From: Entomortierella parvispora E1425
Lineage: Eukaryota > Fungi > Mortierellomycota
Length of the DNA: 64,000 bases
Direction of reading: 5' to 3'
Assembly (NCBI GenBank): GCA_020891255.1
Contig: BQFW01000002.1
Coordinates: 3,286,001 to 3,350,000, forward strand
The position numbers were made by a program, and so were the translations under genes. The notes beneath the pieces are model-generated. The model was not told where the DNA came from. It saw only the letters and a list, made by a program, of their open reading frames with translations, and searched no databases. Shown one piece after another: positions 34,106 to 46,644 of this stretch; within the stretch, counting starts at the first letter, position 1, and each line of letters starts with the position of its first letter.

Positions 34106-36090
34106 GGTATATTCTTTTTATGGGAGAGAAGGAAGAAGGGAGGAATGTACAAGGGCGGGAGGATGGGGAATGAGAAAAGAGAAGAGAAAAAGGAGGGAGA
34201 GATGGGAGGAATGAGAGATTGCTGAAGAAGAAGAAGAGAGGAGAAAAAGAAGAGAAAAAGAAGGGGCGGGCAGAGGCGTCCCGTCGCTTTATACGGACAT
34301 CCAAGCGACCGCTTCGTTGCCTTGTGAAAGTGGAGAGGATGGGAACAACTGAACTGGACCGGACTGGACTGGGCTGGACTGAGTGCTCTCTTCTTCTTCT
34401 CTTGTTCCTCTCTCTCTCGCTCTCCTCTCACGAGGCGCGGATGCATTCAACTTTGCTGGTCTGTCGGTCTGTTCTCTCTGTCTGTCCGTCCCTTTCTCAC
34501 GCAGATCCGATCTGCGCGCTTTGCTCTACTGCAGTCGTACCATCGGTCCTGTCTGTTTCTACTTCATCATCCAATATTCATCCATTCATCCATTCCTTCT
34601 TCTTGGCTGACAGACAGACAGACAGACGGACACACGCTCATAAAGAGGCACATCACTCCTCCGGCTCCCACCACAAACTCGGCCCCAGCCAGTCCAACCA
34701 GCCAGTCAAGCCCGTCCAGTCATCCGACAAACTAAAATATGATCGAGAGAACTGAACCTTCCTGCACCGCTCCTCTTCGTCTACTTTAGGTCGCATGGTC
34801 ACTGTTCCTCTGCAAGACAAAGACCGTTCGTTCTGATCTGCCCTTCTTCTCTCCCCCCCCCCCCACACACACGTCCTCCCTCCTTTGTCCCGCCTCCACT
34901 TTCCCTTCTCCTTCTCAATTGCTCGCCCCCTGTGCACAGCTCGATCAATGCAGGATCCATTGAAAACCCCGAGTCATCGGGGCAGCGCGAGCCTTTTGTC
35001 CTCAGTTAGATCAAGACATGCTTCCATGTACATCGTGAAGGTAGACGGGATCCCTCCTGCCCGGCTTTGGTAGCCACACCACGAGAGGGAGACGATCGTG
35101 CAATGATGACAGAACTCACAGGCCAAAAAGAGGAGAACCCCCTCTTTCACGTGCAAGCGGTCAAACTCTAAATGTCACCTTCCTCAGAACAGGTCCCTTT
35201 TTTCATTCTTTGACCTGCTTTTGTTCGCTCATGCTCGATAGTTTGCCATGCGCCGTTCTTTCCCCCCTCTATGTCTGTCTCGCTCCTCTCCCCGCTCCAC
35301 TTTCCACGGACACTTTATTGTCCGGGGTAGAGGAAAGATGGGAGATCGAAATACGTAGACAAAAATAATAAAACTCAACAAACGCCTCAAACTGCATGTA
35401 CGCTCACTCTTCTCCCTAGACTTCTCTCTCCACATCCCCTCGTTTCTCTCTCTCTCTCTCTCTCTCTAGAAGCTAGGTCCCCGAGAACCTACAAGAATCA
35501 TGCAAATCGAGCGACAGGTTGAATTAACCTTGACTCTGAAAAAGAGACCTGATCCACGCGTCTCCGGGGAAAACAATCAACAGCTCTGCGTTTGTTGTGT
35601 ACCCACACACACAACGCGTGTTCCTTGGGCTGTTTTTTTCACGTCTTAAATTCTTTGTTCATGAAAAAAGTCGTTCTTACCTCTTTTGTACCGCCATTGA
35701 GGTGACATGCAAAACGAGCGCAATCAAAACAGGTCGGTTGACGCTCATAGCTGTGAAAGAAAGCGGAACTTGTAGAGCGTGTGAAGGGCAACTGTCTTCT
35801 GTGCTCAGCTATGTGGTTATACAGCAATGGTGGTTTCTGCTCTTCCATTTACATACAGGATACTGCCGATAACTACTTTTTTTTTTGTTTGTTTTTATTA
35901 TTTTTTTTCTTTTTCTTTTGGAGCCGGGTTAAGAAATGCAAAGCAGAAACTTGGAAAGGAGTACGTGCGAAAGAGAGAGAGATAAAAAGAGGATGGAGAA
36001 GGTAGAGAGAATGAAGACTAATAGGGGGGATTCTCAAGCAGAAAAATAGGGCTAGAGTTTGAGTATAAATACCAAATTCTGACATCGTCA

Positions 36091-36139
36091 GTAGGTAGGT
36101 AGGTAGGTAGATAGGTAGGTAGGTAGATAGGTAGGTAGG
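36091..36139. repeat. (GTAG)n tetranucleotide microsatellite
   Basis: About 12 copies with two ATAG interruptions. Confidence 0.9.
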
Positions 36140-36388
36140 TTGCAGGGAAACGAGAGTTATGTCGGAATAAAAACTACATTAGATATAGAAGTGAGAAGGA
36201 TAGAGGAAGAGGAAGAGATAGAAGGAGGGTCTGACAGATGAGAAACCACTAGGCCTGATTTTGAGGTGTCGTTTCCTGGTGATTTTTTGTTGTTGTTGTG
36301 ATTGTGTCGCGCAACGTTTGGAGCGCGACGATGCGCCATGAGAGCGGCGAGCATACGGCAGTGGGTTGCCATTTTTGACAATTGTGAT

Positions 36389-37630
36389 TTAATCATCATC
36401 AAAGCTTCCACGACGCCATCCTGGGGAGGAAGTCCTTGCGACCTCAAAGCTTGAATCCTTGTGTGCCTCGAACCGACCCTGAGGACCTCTGGGCAGCTCA
36501 TCATCATCACTGTCGGGGTTCATGACGCGCAAGTTTGTCAACTGAGGCAACGAAGGCAACGAGGGTTGAATCATTCCAGTGTACTGTGGCAACTGTGTCT
36601 CCATGTAGGAGCCATGGTTCGTCTCCTGAAACTTGTACAGATCTTCATCCTGCTGTTGCTTCAATTGATCCCGACGGCGTCGAGTGTAAACGTATCCTGC
36701 CACAGAGAGAGCCACAATCAGAGCAATAGCCGATACCACACTATTTCCAGCAGAAGAATTACGAGAGGGATTGGGAGAGAGATAAAGGTGAGCAAAAAAG
36801 AAAACAAAAAAGAAGGCTCTGTCAAAGATCTGATAGAAGAGCTTGCTCTCGGGGGTATTTCCCCCCTCTTTTCAAACGTAAAAAGGTGCCTTCCTGGGTA
36901 ATTTCATCCGACAGAATTGTGGACTTACATTCCGGCAATGGCTCCAGAGGACAAGCTGTTGTTATGGTTCGGTCCTCCACCGTTACCGGGGTCGGCAGCA
37001 TTGGAAGGTTGGGTTGTTCCTCCTGACGTGGCAGTGGTGGTGGCAGTTTGTCCTGGATTATAGATCTGTTGCCACTGTTGACCAAATGTCAAGCAAATTG
37101 CCTGATATTGAGGTTGAGCCAATACTGTAAAGTGAGCCGTAGAAGAAGACTGGCAACTCAAGCATGCAGTGACCTGGCGAGGGAAGTAGAGCAAAATCGA
37201 AGTCGTCAGCAACAGAGTCAAAGAGTTCAAAGGGTTGCGCGGCTTGCAAGGTGATGTTGGCAGCAAGAGCTGGCTGTTAGCAAGACTTTACCTGATCGTA
37301 AAAGTTTTGATTGCAGATACATTTTGCTTGTGCCTGAACAGGTCTAGAGTGAAAAAGTGAAGGGACCGCGACGTTAGTTAGCGCCCTGCTTGCGACACCA
37401 AGTAACAACCGAATAAACAAGAATGCCACAGAAACTCACTGGAACATATAGGTGCCCGGCCAGTTGTTCATGTTGAGCGAACTGTTGCATGGTACAAGAA
37501 TACTCTCTGCAACATCACAGGGCTGACAGGCAGCCGAAGCCTCCTGAGTCCAGAAGCTCAGCGCCACGACCGTAATGGAGGCGATCCAGAGAGCCACAGA
37601 GTTGACGCGGGACATTGTGCAAATGACCAT
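36389..37630 (-). CDS. Type-I membrane protein with 8-Cys ectodomain (Mid2/Wsc-like cell-surface sensor topology)
   Basis: Signal peptide (start 37630 or 37615); four exons; CQPC-x9-C-x23-CIC-x10-CLSC-x19-C; Thr/Gly stalk; LSSGAIAGIVVSAIALIVALSVAGYVY TM; RRRR stop-transfer; cytoplasmic tail ends RRGSFDDD*. Confidence 0.82.
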
Positions 37631-39953
37631 GCGCTTTGTGTTTTTTGTCTTCTTGACGGAGGTCCTTTGTTCCTGGTCGTAAAAAAAAAAAGGTCTCACG
37701 CGACTAGAAGTATAAAAAAAATAGAACCACCAGTCAGTCATCTTTTTGTGTTCCTCCCCACGGTTTGTGTTCGAGTTTTGTTGACGACCGCCCTCCCTTC
37801 CTTCTCCTCAGACTTGTTCGCAGGGTTGTGCTCTTTCCCCGGAGGCCAGTTCGTCCGTTGTTTTGTGCGTCCTGTGGTTCAGTTCACCCTTTTGACCACG
37901 ATTTTTCATGCGTTAAAAATAACTTCTTTGTGCACTTTGGGTGAGAAGTTGTTGGCTTGTCAAATAATGGGCACACATGCATCCACCCATAACTGGCAAA
38001 CGGGCAAGCAATTGGAAGAAATTGATGCGCAATAACAGAAAAAACGATCCTTGATTATCATTCGCATATTTTTCCATGCTCAACAACTCAAACAACTCAC
38101 GACAACACCACCTCTTAATTGCCACGACCAGAAATGATACAACCAATGATTATCTCTCTTAAATCAGGGCTGGTTGAATAATGAGCGGAGAAAAGGGAGG
38201 GGGGTGGGGGCTCGAGTTGGCACCAATGTGGGGAGGGTGAAAAAGGGGAAGTATGTACTCCAGCCCATGTTGTAAAAGGCTGGCTGGCCTTGGCCAGAGG
38301 AGAGGGACAGTTGGTACCCATCGATAAAAGGAAAGTCGGGGGGCAAAATAAACCGCCTTGAGCAAACGAGGAGCAAAGTCGTCCCTTCTCCCCTTGTCGT
38401 CACCCGCTCGAAGGTCATTTCTCTGACGGCTCACAGAATGTAAATATTAACCCTCGACACCATTGCGCCAATGACTACTGCTCAGTTCCATTTGAGCAAA
38501 GAGGTCTCTGGAGATGAGAGAGAGAGTGAGGGTGAGGGAAGGAGAACTTCCATGAGGAATCATGGGGTTGGAACAGCGCGAAACATGAAGGACGATCTTA
38601 AGTTGCCGCAAAAAAATTCATAGCGAAGAGTTTTCCCGCGCAGTTTGTGGGGAGGTGGTTTGGCGTTCCTGAAGGGGGTTCATTTTGAGAAATGCGAACG
38701 TGGTCCCATGAAGAAGTAGGAAGTACATGTCAATGAGTCAAGATGCCGGAAAGGCCGCGATTGGTACTTACAGTGAAAGTGTTGGCGAGAAAAAAGAGAG
38801 AGAAGGAGAGGGGCAAATATTGACGGGGAGGGCGAGCGTGGCTGGAGAAAAGAACAAAACAGACAAAAGGAAGGCGTGAAAAGGAGACGGGGCGGATATG
38901 ATATAGTAGGCACAAGGGGAGGCGGGGGGGAAGGAGGGGAGGGGAGGGAGGGGAGCGAAAGAGAGAGAGAAGCAATGCACGGATGCGCAATGAAGAGATG
39001 GATGGAGCTGGAGATGGAGAAGGGAGAGAAAAAAAAGACAAAGTCAGAACACACGGGCGACTGACAGTAAATTCAGGCACCATCCGTCCAGGCACAGACA
39101 CCCATCCGATGCACTTGGTCCAAATTCGTGGTACCTTTTTCTTCCCTTTTCTTGTCTCGTTCCCTTGCGTCTCGCCCTTTGCTTCCTCGAGGGGACGATG
39201 GTCATTCTGCCCAGCACTGACTGGGTCATCCTGTTTCCCTTCTTCCTGCCTTCTTCCCTCCTTTACTCCCTTCTTTTTCTTCCCCTTGTTTACCTCGGGA
39301 CCCTGGCTGGTCCCGGCTTTTCTGTCCACGGGCACTAAAGGGTAAAAATAAAAATGCAGACCACGAAGACCACGAACGACAAACAAACCTCCGTTACAGA
39401 TTGTCAATTCCAAAGTCCGACTGAAGATTTGTCCGTTCGTTCGTTCCTGTTCGTTGTCCCCTTGTCATCATCGGCTTAGTGCTTTTGCCCTGCTGGACTC
39501 GTCTCTATTCTTACCCTTTTTTCATTCCTTCCCTTGCCACAAAGGGCAGGGGTAACTCATTTTAGAACCACCATCCAAGTCAAATGGGAATGCAATTCCT
39601 GCAGGGGGCCCTACTACTATCCTGCACTCTGATCAGCGCATGTCTGTGCCCCCCTCTTCCGTTCCCAGAATTAGAATAATTTTCTTTGTGTCAAGCAAGT
39701 GTCAGTGTCATCGCGTGTGAACCTTCAATCAATCATAGCGCCTTCTGAATGACGTGGACCTGACTTGCCCAGACAGGTCGGTCGCTTGACAGAAAAAATA
39801 AAATAGAATTGGGGACGTGAAGAATAAGAGGCAATCACCGACTTCAAACAGAAAGAACCATCAATTTTGGGAAGGGAGTATTGTTTTTTTATCTTTGGAT
39901 CGTGAACACGCCGCCAAGAAGGACAGCATCGATTAGCTACTATTTTGTTTCTT

Positions 39954-41695
39954 CTAAAGCTTCTCGTACTCCAACTTGCCCTCAAGCTTCTTGGCATCTG
40001 CCACCTTTCGTACTGCCTTCATAAAATCTTCCTGAACAACATAGTCGCGCTCCTCACGGATGGCAAACATGCCCGCTTCTGTGCAAATGTTACGGATATC
40101 GGCTCCGTTGAATCCATCCGACAGCTTGACAACAGCCTCATAATCTACATGAGAAAAGAAAGTCATTCACACTAATGTTAGATACACAAGATCATGAACT
40201 TTCAGACAAATTACTATTGGCAAAACGCATCTTAGTCTCTTACCAATTTCTCCTTGCTTAGTAATGCCGAGAGCGTGAATCTTCAAAATCTCCATCCGCC
40301 CCTGCTCATTTGGCAGAGGAATCTCAATCTTACGGTCCAAACGTCCAGGACGCATCAAGGCGGGATCCAAGGTATCGGGTCTGTTTGTAGCCATGATCAA
40401 CTTTGTCTGTCCGAGATTGTCGAATCCGTCCATCTGGTTCAGCAACTCCATCAACGTACGTTGGATCTCACGATCGGCAGAACTTCCTTCAGAGAAACGA
40501 CGACCTCCAATGGCATCAATCTCGTCCATGAAAATAATGCATGGCTCGTGCTCTCTGGCATATGCTAAAGTAGAAAAAAATGCAAAAGGTTTTAGTTTTC
40601 CAAAGTAGCACGTTACCCAGAGAGACATTAAAACTACCGCTCATATCAGATCAACACCCTACCGAACATCTCGCGAATAACTCTTGCAGACTCTCCAATG
40701 TACTTGTCAACAATAGCGGAAGAGACGACCTTCAAAAAGTTGGTCTCTAAGGTGCTAGCAACAGCACGGGCCAATAGCGTCTTGCCAGTTCCTGGAGGTC
40801 CGTACAACAACACGCCCTTAGGGGGCTTGATTCCAACACGCACAAACAGCTCTGGGTTCATCAATGGCAGTTCAATAACCTAGGCATTGAAAAATAGTGG
40901 ATATAGGTCCGCAAAAGGTAAGTCTTCAAGAACAGTACAAAGCTCCAGTCGTCTCATTTTCGCTCACTCGTTCAGGCAATGCTTTACCTCACGCAATTCT
41001 CTGATCTGATCGCTGAGTCCACCAATTCCAGCAAAGGAAATCGCACCTGGGTCTTCCATACCCATGCTGTACACCATGGGGTCGACCTCACGAGGGAGCA
41101 TTCGCATGATTGTGAAAGTGGTCATATCCAGAGCCACACGGGTTCCAAGCTTCAGTTTAGACTTGTCCAACTTGCTTCTGCAGCCGACAACATAACGAGG
41201 TCCACTGGCGGCCTTGATGATGACTAGTGTGTGGTAAAAAAAAAAAAACGAAGGTGCCCATAAAATCAGATTTCCTTTCCTATTCTAACATTGCCTGGCC
41301 AAGAATATTTCCTCCTGAAGATACTCACATCGATCCTCGTCCAGTTGCTTCAAAACGGATCCAATAATCTGACCCACACTCTGCAGGGCCTTGATATCAT
41401 CCTCTGATTTCTCAAACGTCCGATCCAGTTCCTTGAGACCCATGCGCACTATTAGTCAAGGTCAAGAACGTAAGTAACGAGCAAAACAGGTTGGAGCAAA
41501 AAGTAAACGACCTCACGCAAATGCTGAAAGGTGGACTTCTAAACTCCAGGATGGTGCAATGGACAGAGGAGATGGGAGCTTCGTACAGTCTTTGAGCTTG
41601 GCCTCCATTTCGCGATGTTCGAGCAACTTTTTGCGATAGTTGGCCAACGCGGCCCCGCGGGGATCGTTGTCCGGAATTCCAGATGTAGTCGACAT
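39954..41695 (-). CDS. RPT4: 26S proteasome AAA-ATPase subunit Rpt4 (PSMC6)
   Basis: [23 protein letters not shown] and [30 protein letters not shown]; multi-exon; ends KLEYEKL*. Confidence 0.96.
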
Positions 41696-41962
41696 GAGGT
41701 CTATTTCTCTTTTGCTGGTGTTGTATCCTTTGTTGAGTGAGGTTCCTTGGGATAGAGAGAGCGAGGTAGAGAACGCGTAGTGGCGAGGGTTGGCGAATGT
41801 TTGAATGAAGAAGAGATAATGAATGCGGACGCAGCTTTTCTTTTGGCGCACAAGGTGCCAACGCGTCTCCCTCGTCCAAATTTTGGCGGCGATTTGCCTA
41901 CGTCACCCATCCGCACTTAAGGGTATAAGGGTATATATTAATTTTATACGAGATTTTTATTC

Positions 41963-43846
41963 TCATGACATTTGCTCCAGAATTCCTTCCAGGACGCTGG
42001 CACTGAGGGGGATAGTCAGAATCTCGACACCATCCCCTCCCTTGCGAGATTGCACGATACGATGGTCTCTGAACTCTGTCAGCTGTGTCTTGAAGGTAAC
42101 GGCATTGCTGACCAAAAAGTTTTCCTGGCACTTTTTGAACAGGGCGTTGTAGGCCATACCATATTCGGTCTTGCCTGATATGCTCGTTCCTGCCTCGATA
42201 CCCTCCAGTTCCGCCTGGATCTGGTGTTCAGCCAAAATCCTGAAAAGACCTTTGCCATTGGACGTCAAACTGGCCAACACATACTGAATACCTCGTGGTC
42301 CTAGGTCCTGCTGCTGCACCATGATCGAATTCTCGTAGGAGGTTTCGGCCGTATAGGGACTAAACGTTGTCAGCTCATGCCAGACCCAGCGGAATCGCGC
42401 CGCCTTGACCGCATCCCATAGGATATTGGCATTGATGTGATCCACTGATGCGATGAGATGGATGGACGGACAGGACGCCAAAACACTCAATGCTGACTGA
42501 ACCTTTTCGGATCGTAATGACGGCCCATCGATATTGTGGATCAACAGGTAGATCTTTTTAACGGCCCGATCCGGTTGACGAAAATAGGCGTGAATAAATG
42601 CCAATTGTTCTGAGAGTGTTCCTGTAGGTCCAATATATTTCATGGTTTTGGCACTGATCCGATCCAAGATATCTTTGATGGTCAACGTCGGGAAGTAACC
42701 ATTGACAATGAGCAGAGGCGCATCGGTAAGAATCGTCGTTGCGAATTTCGTGAGCAAGAGTCGTTTCGATCCATAGCCGTAAACCAAGAGATTGAATCCG
42801 GATCGAAGCTCAAAGTACCACTGCTGAAACTGCTCCTCGTACAGCATATTCAGAATCTCTTTTTCTTCCGCATGCTTGACAGGCGCTTGCTTCATCGCCA
42901 TCGTATAATCTGCGCGTTCCAGGGTCGGCAAGGATGAGAGGGTGTTGTTGGATGTTTGCGATTTCTGGTACAGGTCCTGAAAATAACGCTCAGCCCCCAT
43001 TTCGTCCTCCTCAAAGATGGACTTCTTGTGCGCCTGCGTGGCGTCGCGGGCAATGCTCCCATTCATCTCGTCATCCTCGTCTTCAGCCTCGCCATCCGAC
43101 TCATCACTCTCGTCGTCTTCATCCTCTCCTTCGTCTGAGCTTGTGACCTTGTTCATCTGAGATATCGTTCCTGCAACGCGCCGTCTCTTGGCCATGCGCT
43201 CAGATACGGAGCCTTTGTTCTTTGCTGAGGCATTGGAGTTTGCAGTCGTGGAAGCAGACGTTGCTGCTGATGCTTTTCCCTTCCCAGGGTGCTTCGCTGG
43301 CGCGTCGTCCTTTTGTGGAAGTTGAGCTTCGATCAACGCCTTCAGTCCGGCTGTCTTTTTGCGACCGGTTTGGAAGCCAAATACCTCTCGACCGCGCACA
43401 TGTTTCGTGTTTTCCGTCCCCACTTGTCCTTCTGATCCCTCGGCTGCAGTGTCTGCCTTGGCCACTGCTGCTGTTCCAGCGGATGCTGCAGATGTTTTTG
43501 AAGTTGCTGATGGACGAAGAGTTGTGGAGGATGAGGAGGGCAAAAAAATATCCTGGAGGGCCAAATCGGCTTCGGTTTCCTGTAGTCGTTTTTGGTCTTT
43601 GCTTCCGCCCAGTGGTTTTGAGATTGCATGATTGCCTCTGCTGGAGTGCTGATGCTGATCCGTCGAAGAGGAGACGGTGAGTCCTGAATTCAAAGCGAGG
43701 GTTCGTTTCCGCCGTTGGGAATGGGGCAGGGCAATCTTTTTGAACTTTTTGGCCAGGGCGGATTCCTTTTCGGCATCGTGACTTGATACTTGGCAATTAA
43801 TATGGATTGGAATCTCGTCATTCCGCTGGTATACGATCGAGATCAT
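41963..43846 (-). CDS. ORC2: Origin recognition complex subunit 2
   Basis: Disordered N-terminal half, then QWYFELRSGFNLLVYGYGSKR, HNIDG and IHLIASVDHINA ORC2 motifs; intronless ORF. Confidence 0.93.
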   Translation of the reverse strand: MISIVYQRNDEIPIHINCQVSSHDAEKESALAKKFKKIALPHSQRRKRTLALNSGLTVSSSTDQHQHSSRGNHAISKPLGGSKDQKRLQETEADLALQDIFLPSSSSTTLRPSATSKTSAASAGTAAVAKADTAAEGSEGQVGTENTKHVRGREVFGFQTGRKKTAGLKALIEAQLPQKDDAPAKHPGKGKASAATSASTTANSNASAKNKGSVSERMAKRRRVAGTISQMNKVTSSDEGEDEDDESDESDGEAEDEDDEMNGSIARDATQAHKKSIFEEDEMGAERYFQDLYQKSQTSNNTLSSLPTLERADYTMAMKQAPVKHAEEKEILNMLYEEQFQQWYFELRSGFNLLVYGYGSKRLLLTKFATTILTDAPLLIVNGYFPTLTIKDILDRISAKTMKYIGPTGTLSEQLAFIHAYFRQPDRAVKKIYLLIHNIDGPSLRSEKVQSALSVLASCPSIHLIASVDHINANILWDAVKAARFRWVWHELTTFSPYTAETSYENSIMVQQQDLGPRGIQYVLASLTSNGKGLFRILAEHQIQAELEGIEAGTSISGKTEYGMAYNALFKKCQENFLVSNAVTFKTQLTEFRDHRIVQSRKGGDGVEILTIPLSASVLEGILEQMS

Positions 43847-44056
43847 CTGTAGCAATGAGTCGGTTGCCGCTTTGGTTATGAGAATATCAGACTACAGAAT
43901 CACTCTACGATGGAGGGATGGAGGAATGGAGAGAATGGCTGTGAAAGAAAGAAACGCGATTTATTTTTTTTAGTGGCAACAGGAGGTGCTTGGATTGGCA
44001 GTCCTCTCTCGAGAAAAGATCAAAGGGAGCTTGCGGTCAATTTTGAAAAGCTCGTC

Positions 44057-44789
44057 TTACAGAAACAGGACTGCAGCAGCCACAGCCATTGCAGCTATAT
44101 CTGCGCCGTACTTGGTCGCTTGGTTGGTCTTGGCGGGTGTAGTCACCTTGGTCACCTCATCCTTCTTCTCTTCTGGTACTGGATTATTCACAGCTGCGGG
44201 GACAGCTGGTTTGGGGTTGCTGGCCAACATTTTTTCCTTCTCAGCCAGACCCTGCCTGAGGATCGACTCGATGGTTGTACTAGCCTTAGCTTCCTCAGGG
44301 GAAACGTGCGAGCCTTCTGATGCCAGAGTCTCTGCAAGGTGTGAGATGGTGCCCTGGCTCAATTCGTCATAAGTAATGACATGAGGCATATCCTGCTTAT
44401 CGAGAAGTCTAGGAGGGTGAAAACGACGAAGATGGTCAAGTTCAACTTTCTACGTTTTGTTAGAGGAAATTTGGTTGATAGTCTTCTGAAGTGGCCTTAC
44501 ACCACACCGCAGTTTCCCTTGTCGGAATTGCATCCGCTTGAATGACCGCAGTGCATTGCTGAACGTCCACAGAACCCACTATGAAAATGAAAAAAATGGA
44601 TTTTAGCAGCTTAGAGACGGTTATTATCGAATCTGGCAAGAAAAGTTCTGTTAAGTTGATTCCGTACTGACTGGAGCAGCAATAGCCAGCGTCGCAAGAG
44701 AGTGAACCGGTGCAAAGCTCTGCCGTGTCTTCACGAGCAAGAGCAACTGTGGCTACCGTGGCCAAGAGCATCAAGAACTGGAAACGCAT
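44057..44789 (-). CDS. Secreted hevein/CBM18 chitin-binding protein with GPI-like tail
   Basis: Signal peptide MRFQFLMLLATVATVALA; spliced CTGSLSCDAGYCCSSHGFCGRSAMHCGHSSGCNSDKGNCG; tail IAAMAVAAAVLFL*; three exons. Confidence 0.85.
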
Positions 44790-45644
44790 CCTGAGAGGAA
44801 TAAGCAAGGAATGAAAGTGGTGCACAAAGAAGCTCAAGAGGCAAGTCGGCGAATGTGGATTGGCAAGGTTGAGGGAAGAGGAAAGAGAGACCAAAAGAAG
44901 AAGAAAAAGACAAAACGCGTTGCCATGGGATTTAAGCTGCAGGCGATTCCTAGTTCTGAAGATTACCAAGGTCTGGTCAAGGACAAGATTGAACAGGGAT
45001 CCTATCCTATCGCTCTATATCCTCCAGTGACGGAGACTGTCGCCATCTCGGTTGCAACGAACAAGAAAGAGGATAAGAGCGCGCGTCCGTGCAGGACTGG
45101 AATCGGGCAACGGACAGGATAGCAGACTGAAAGTTCTATCTTGCAGCACACGGCCTGGCGATGACAACTTTTCGATTGAAAAATATAGCGTTTTGGAAAG
45201 AGTGAAAAGAAACAACAAAGAGAAAAGTAAGTGTACGGACTGATGAGGGTTCAGAGGCACCATAGCTTGCCACATTAACTTGCCACAGCGTTGATCTGCC
45301 AAGCACTCTCTCAATTGCAGGCTGTGGTGACCAAAGCTCAGCAACTTGAGGGAACCTTGTCGTCTGAGCAAGGGCCAAGAGTCGACGACGAGCGTGGCTT
45401 GATTGAGCAGAGACAGGCTGAGCAAAAGGCACCAGCAGACAAGACAAGGGGATCCTCTGCCGGGGTTCCAATGTGCGCCGAGATGTGCGTCGCGGCAAAA
45501 AACAGGCCGCTGAAATAAAAGAGGAGGGTCTGTGACCCCCTGCCCTCAGTTCTTTGCTGCTCTCTATTTCTGTCGTCGCTTCATCTCATTCTCTCTTCAC
45601 TTCTCTCTCATCTCTACAATTTCATCTTTCTGTATCCTCCAACG

Positions 45645-46527
45645 ATGGCCGCTCCCGCTTACTCTGCTGTTCCTACCTCGGACCCCTTCACGGGCTCATT
45701 CCCCTCGAGTGCCGACGTGGCCTCGGCCTCATCATCCGCTGCTGCATTCGGACTGGGTTTCCTCCAAAAGTTCCGCGAGGAGCGTCTTTCATCTCTTCGT
45801 CCCATGAGCGAGTTCTTTGACCGCAACAGACTCTCCAAGCCCAGTGGATTCGCCAGTATGTGCTCTCTTGTTTGTTTTTATGAGGCGATAGTATATAAAA
45901 CATGAGGCGTTCCTAGGAAGAATTCAAGGACCTGACCCTTTCTTTTTGAATAGACGTTACCTCCAGATTCAACTACAACCTTTCGTACTTCCAGGGCAAC
46001 TACCTCTTGATGTTCCTCGCCATCACCGCCTACAGCTTGTAAGTCCAGCCTAATCGAGTCAAACTATGGAAAAACCGACAAGGGGCAAGGAAAAAAAAGT
46101 TTCGGAAGCTCTTCCACAAAGGATCTAGACACAGGACAAAGGCAGGACGGCACCACACCGATTCAAAAACAGGATCGCAGTGAAGTCTTGGCAACCCACT
46201 TGATCTCTTGGCTAAAATCTTTTTCTTTTTTTTCTTCCTCCCAACCACAGGATCACCAACTTCATGTTGATGTTCAGCGTGGCCTTCGTTGTTGGAGGCA
46301 TGTACGTGATCGGACGCGTGCCCCCAGAGGGTTTGACTTTGGGTTCCAGCACCTTCAACGCTCGTCAGCTCCAGACTGGATTGATCTGCATTGCAGTTCC
46401 CCTGTTCTTTTTCAGCTCAACACTAGGCACCGTCTTTTGGATCGTCGGCGCCAGTGCAGTGACAATTCTTGGACACGCTGCCATCATGCAGGAGGGTGTT
46501 GAAGGAGACTTTGTCTCTGTTGTTTAA
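45645..46527 (+). CDS. PRA1: PRA1/Yip3 family prenylated Rab acceptor
   Basis: SSLRPMSEFFD, RFNYNLSYFQGNY and ILGHAA motifs; hydrophobic hairpins; three exons. Confidence 0.92.
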
Positions 46528-46644
46528 AAAACCAATCAGTTCTCTTACCACCTCTCCTCCCACTCATAATAAATGACATGTATCATAACATATATTGTCT
46601 AGTTATATCTTGCAAGTTTTCTCCGCATGTGCTACGTTCCTGGA

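Noticed and set aside
34991-35015. gccttttg...agatcaag resembling the 5' end of U2 snRNA
   Set aside because: Lacks the GTGTAGTA branch-pairing region and Sm site.
35501-36007. Possible spliced micro-gene (MQIERQ plus a downstream exon)
   Set aside because: Weak donor (gttgaa) and a low-complexity product; no supporting homology.
41770-41900. PACE/Rpn4-like GTGGCG and MCB-like ACGCG motifs upstream of RPT4
   Set aside because: Only partial short matches; no exact GGTGGCAAA.
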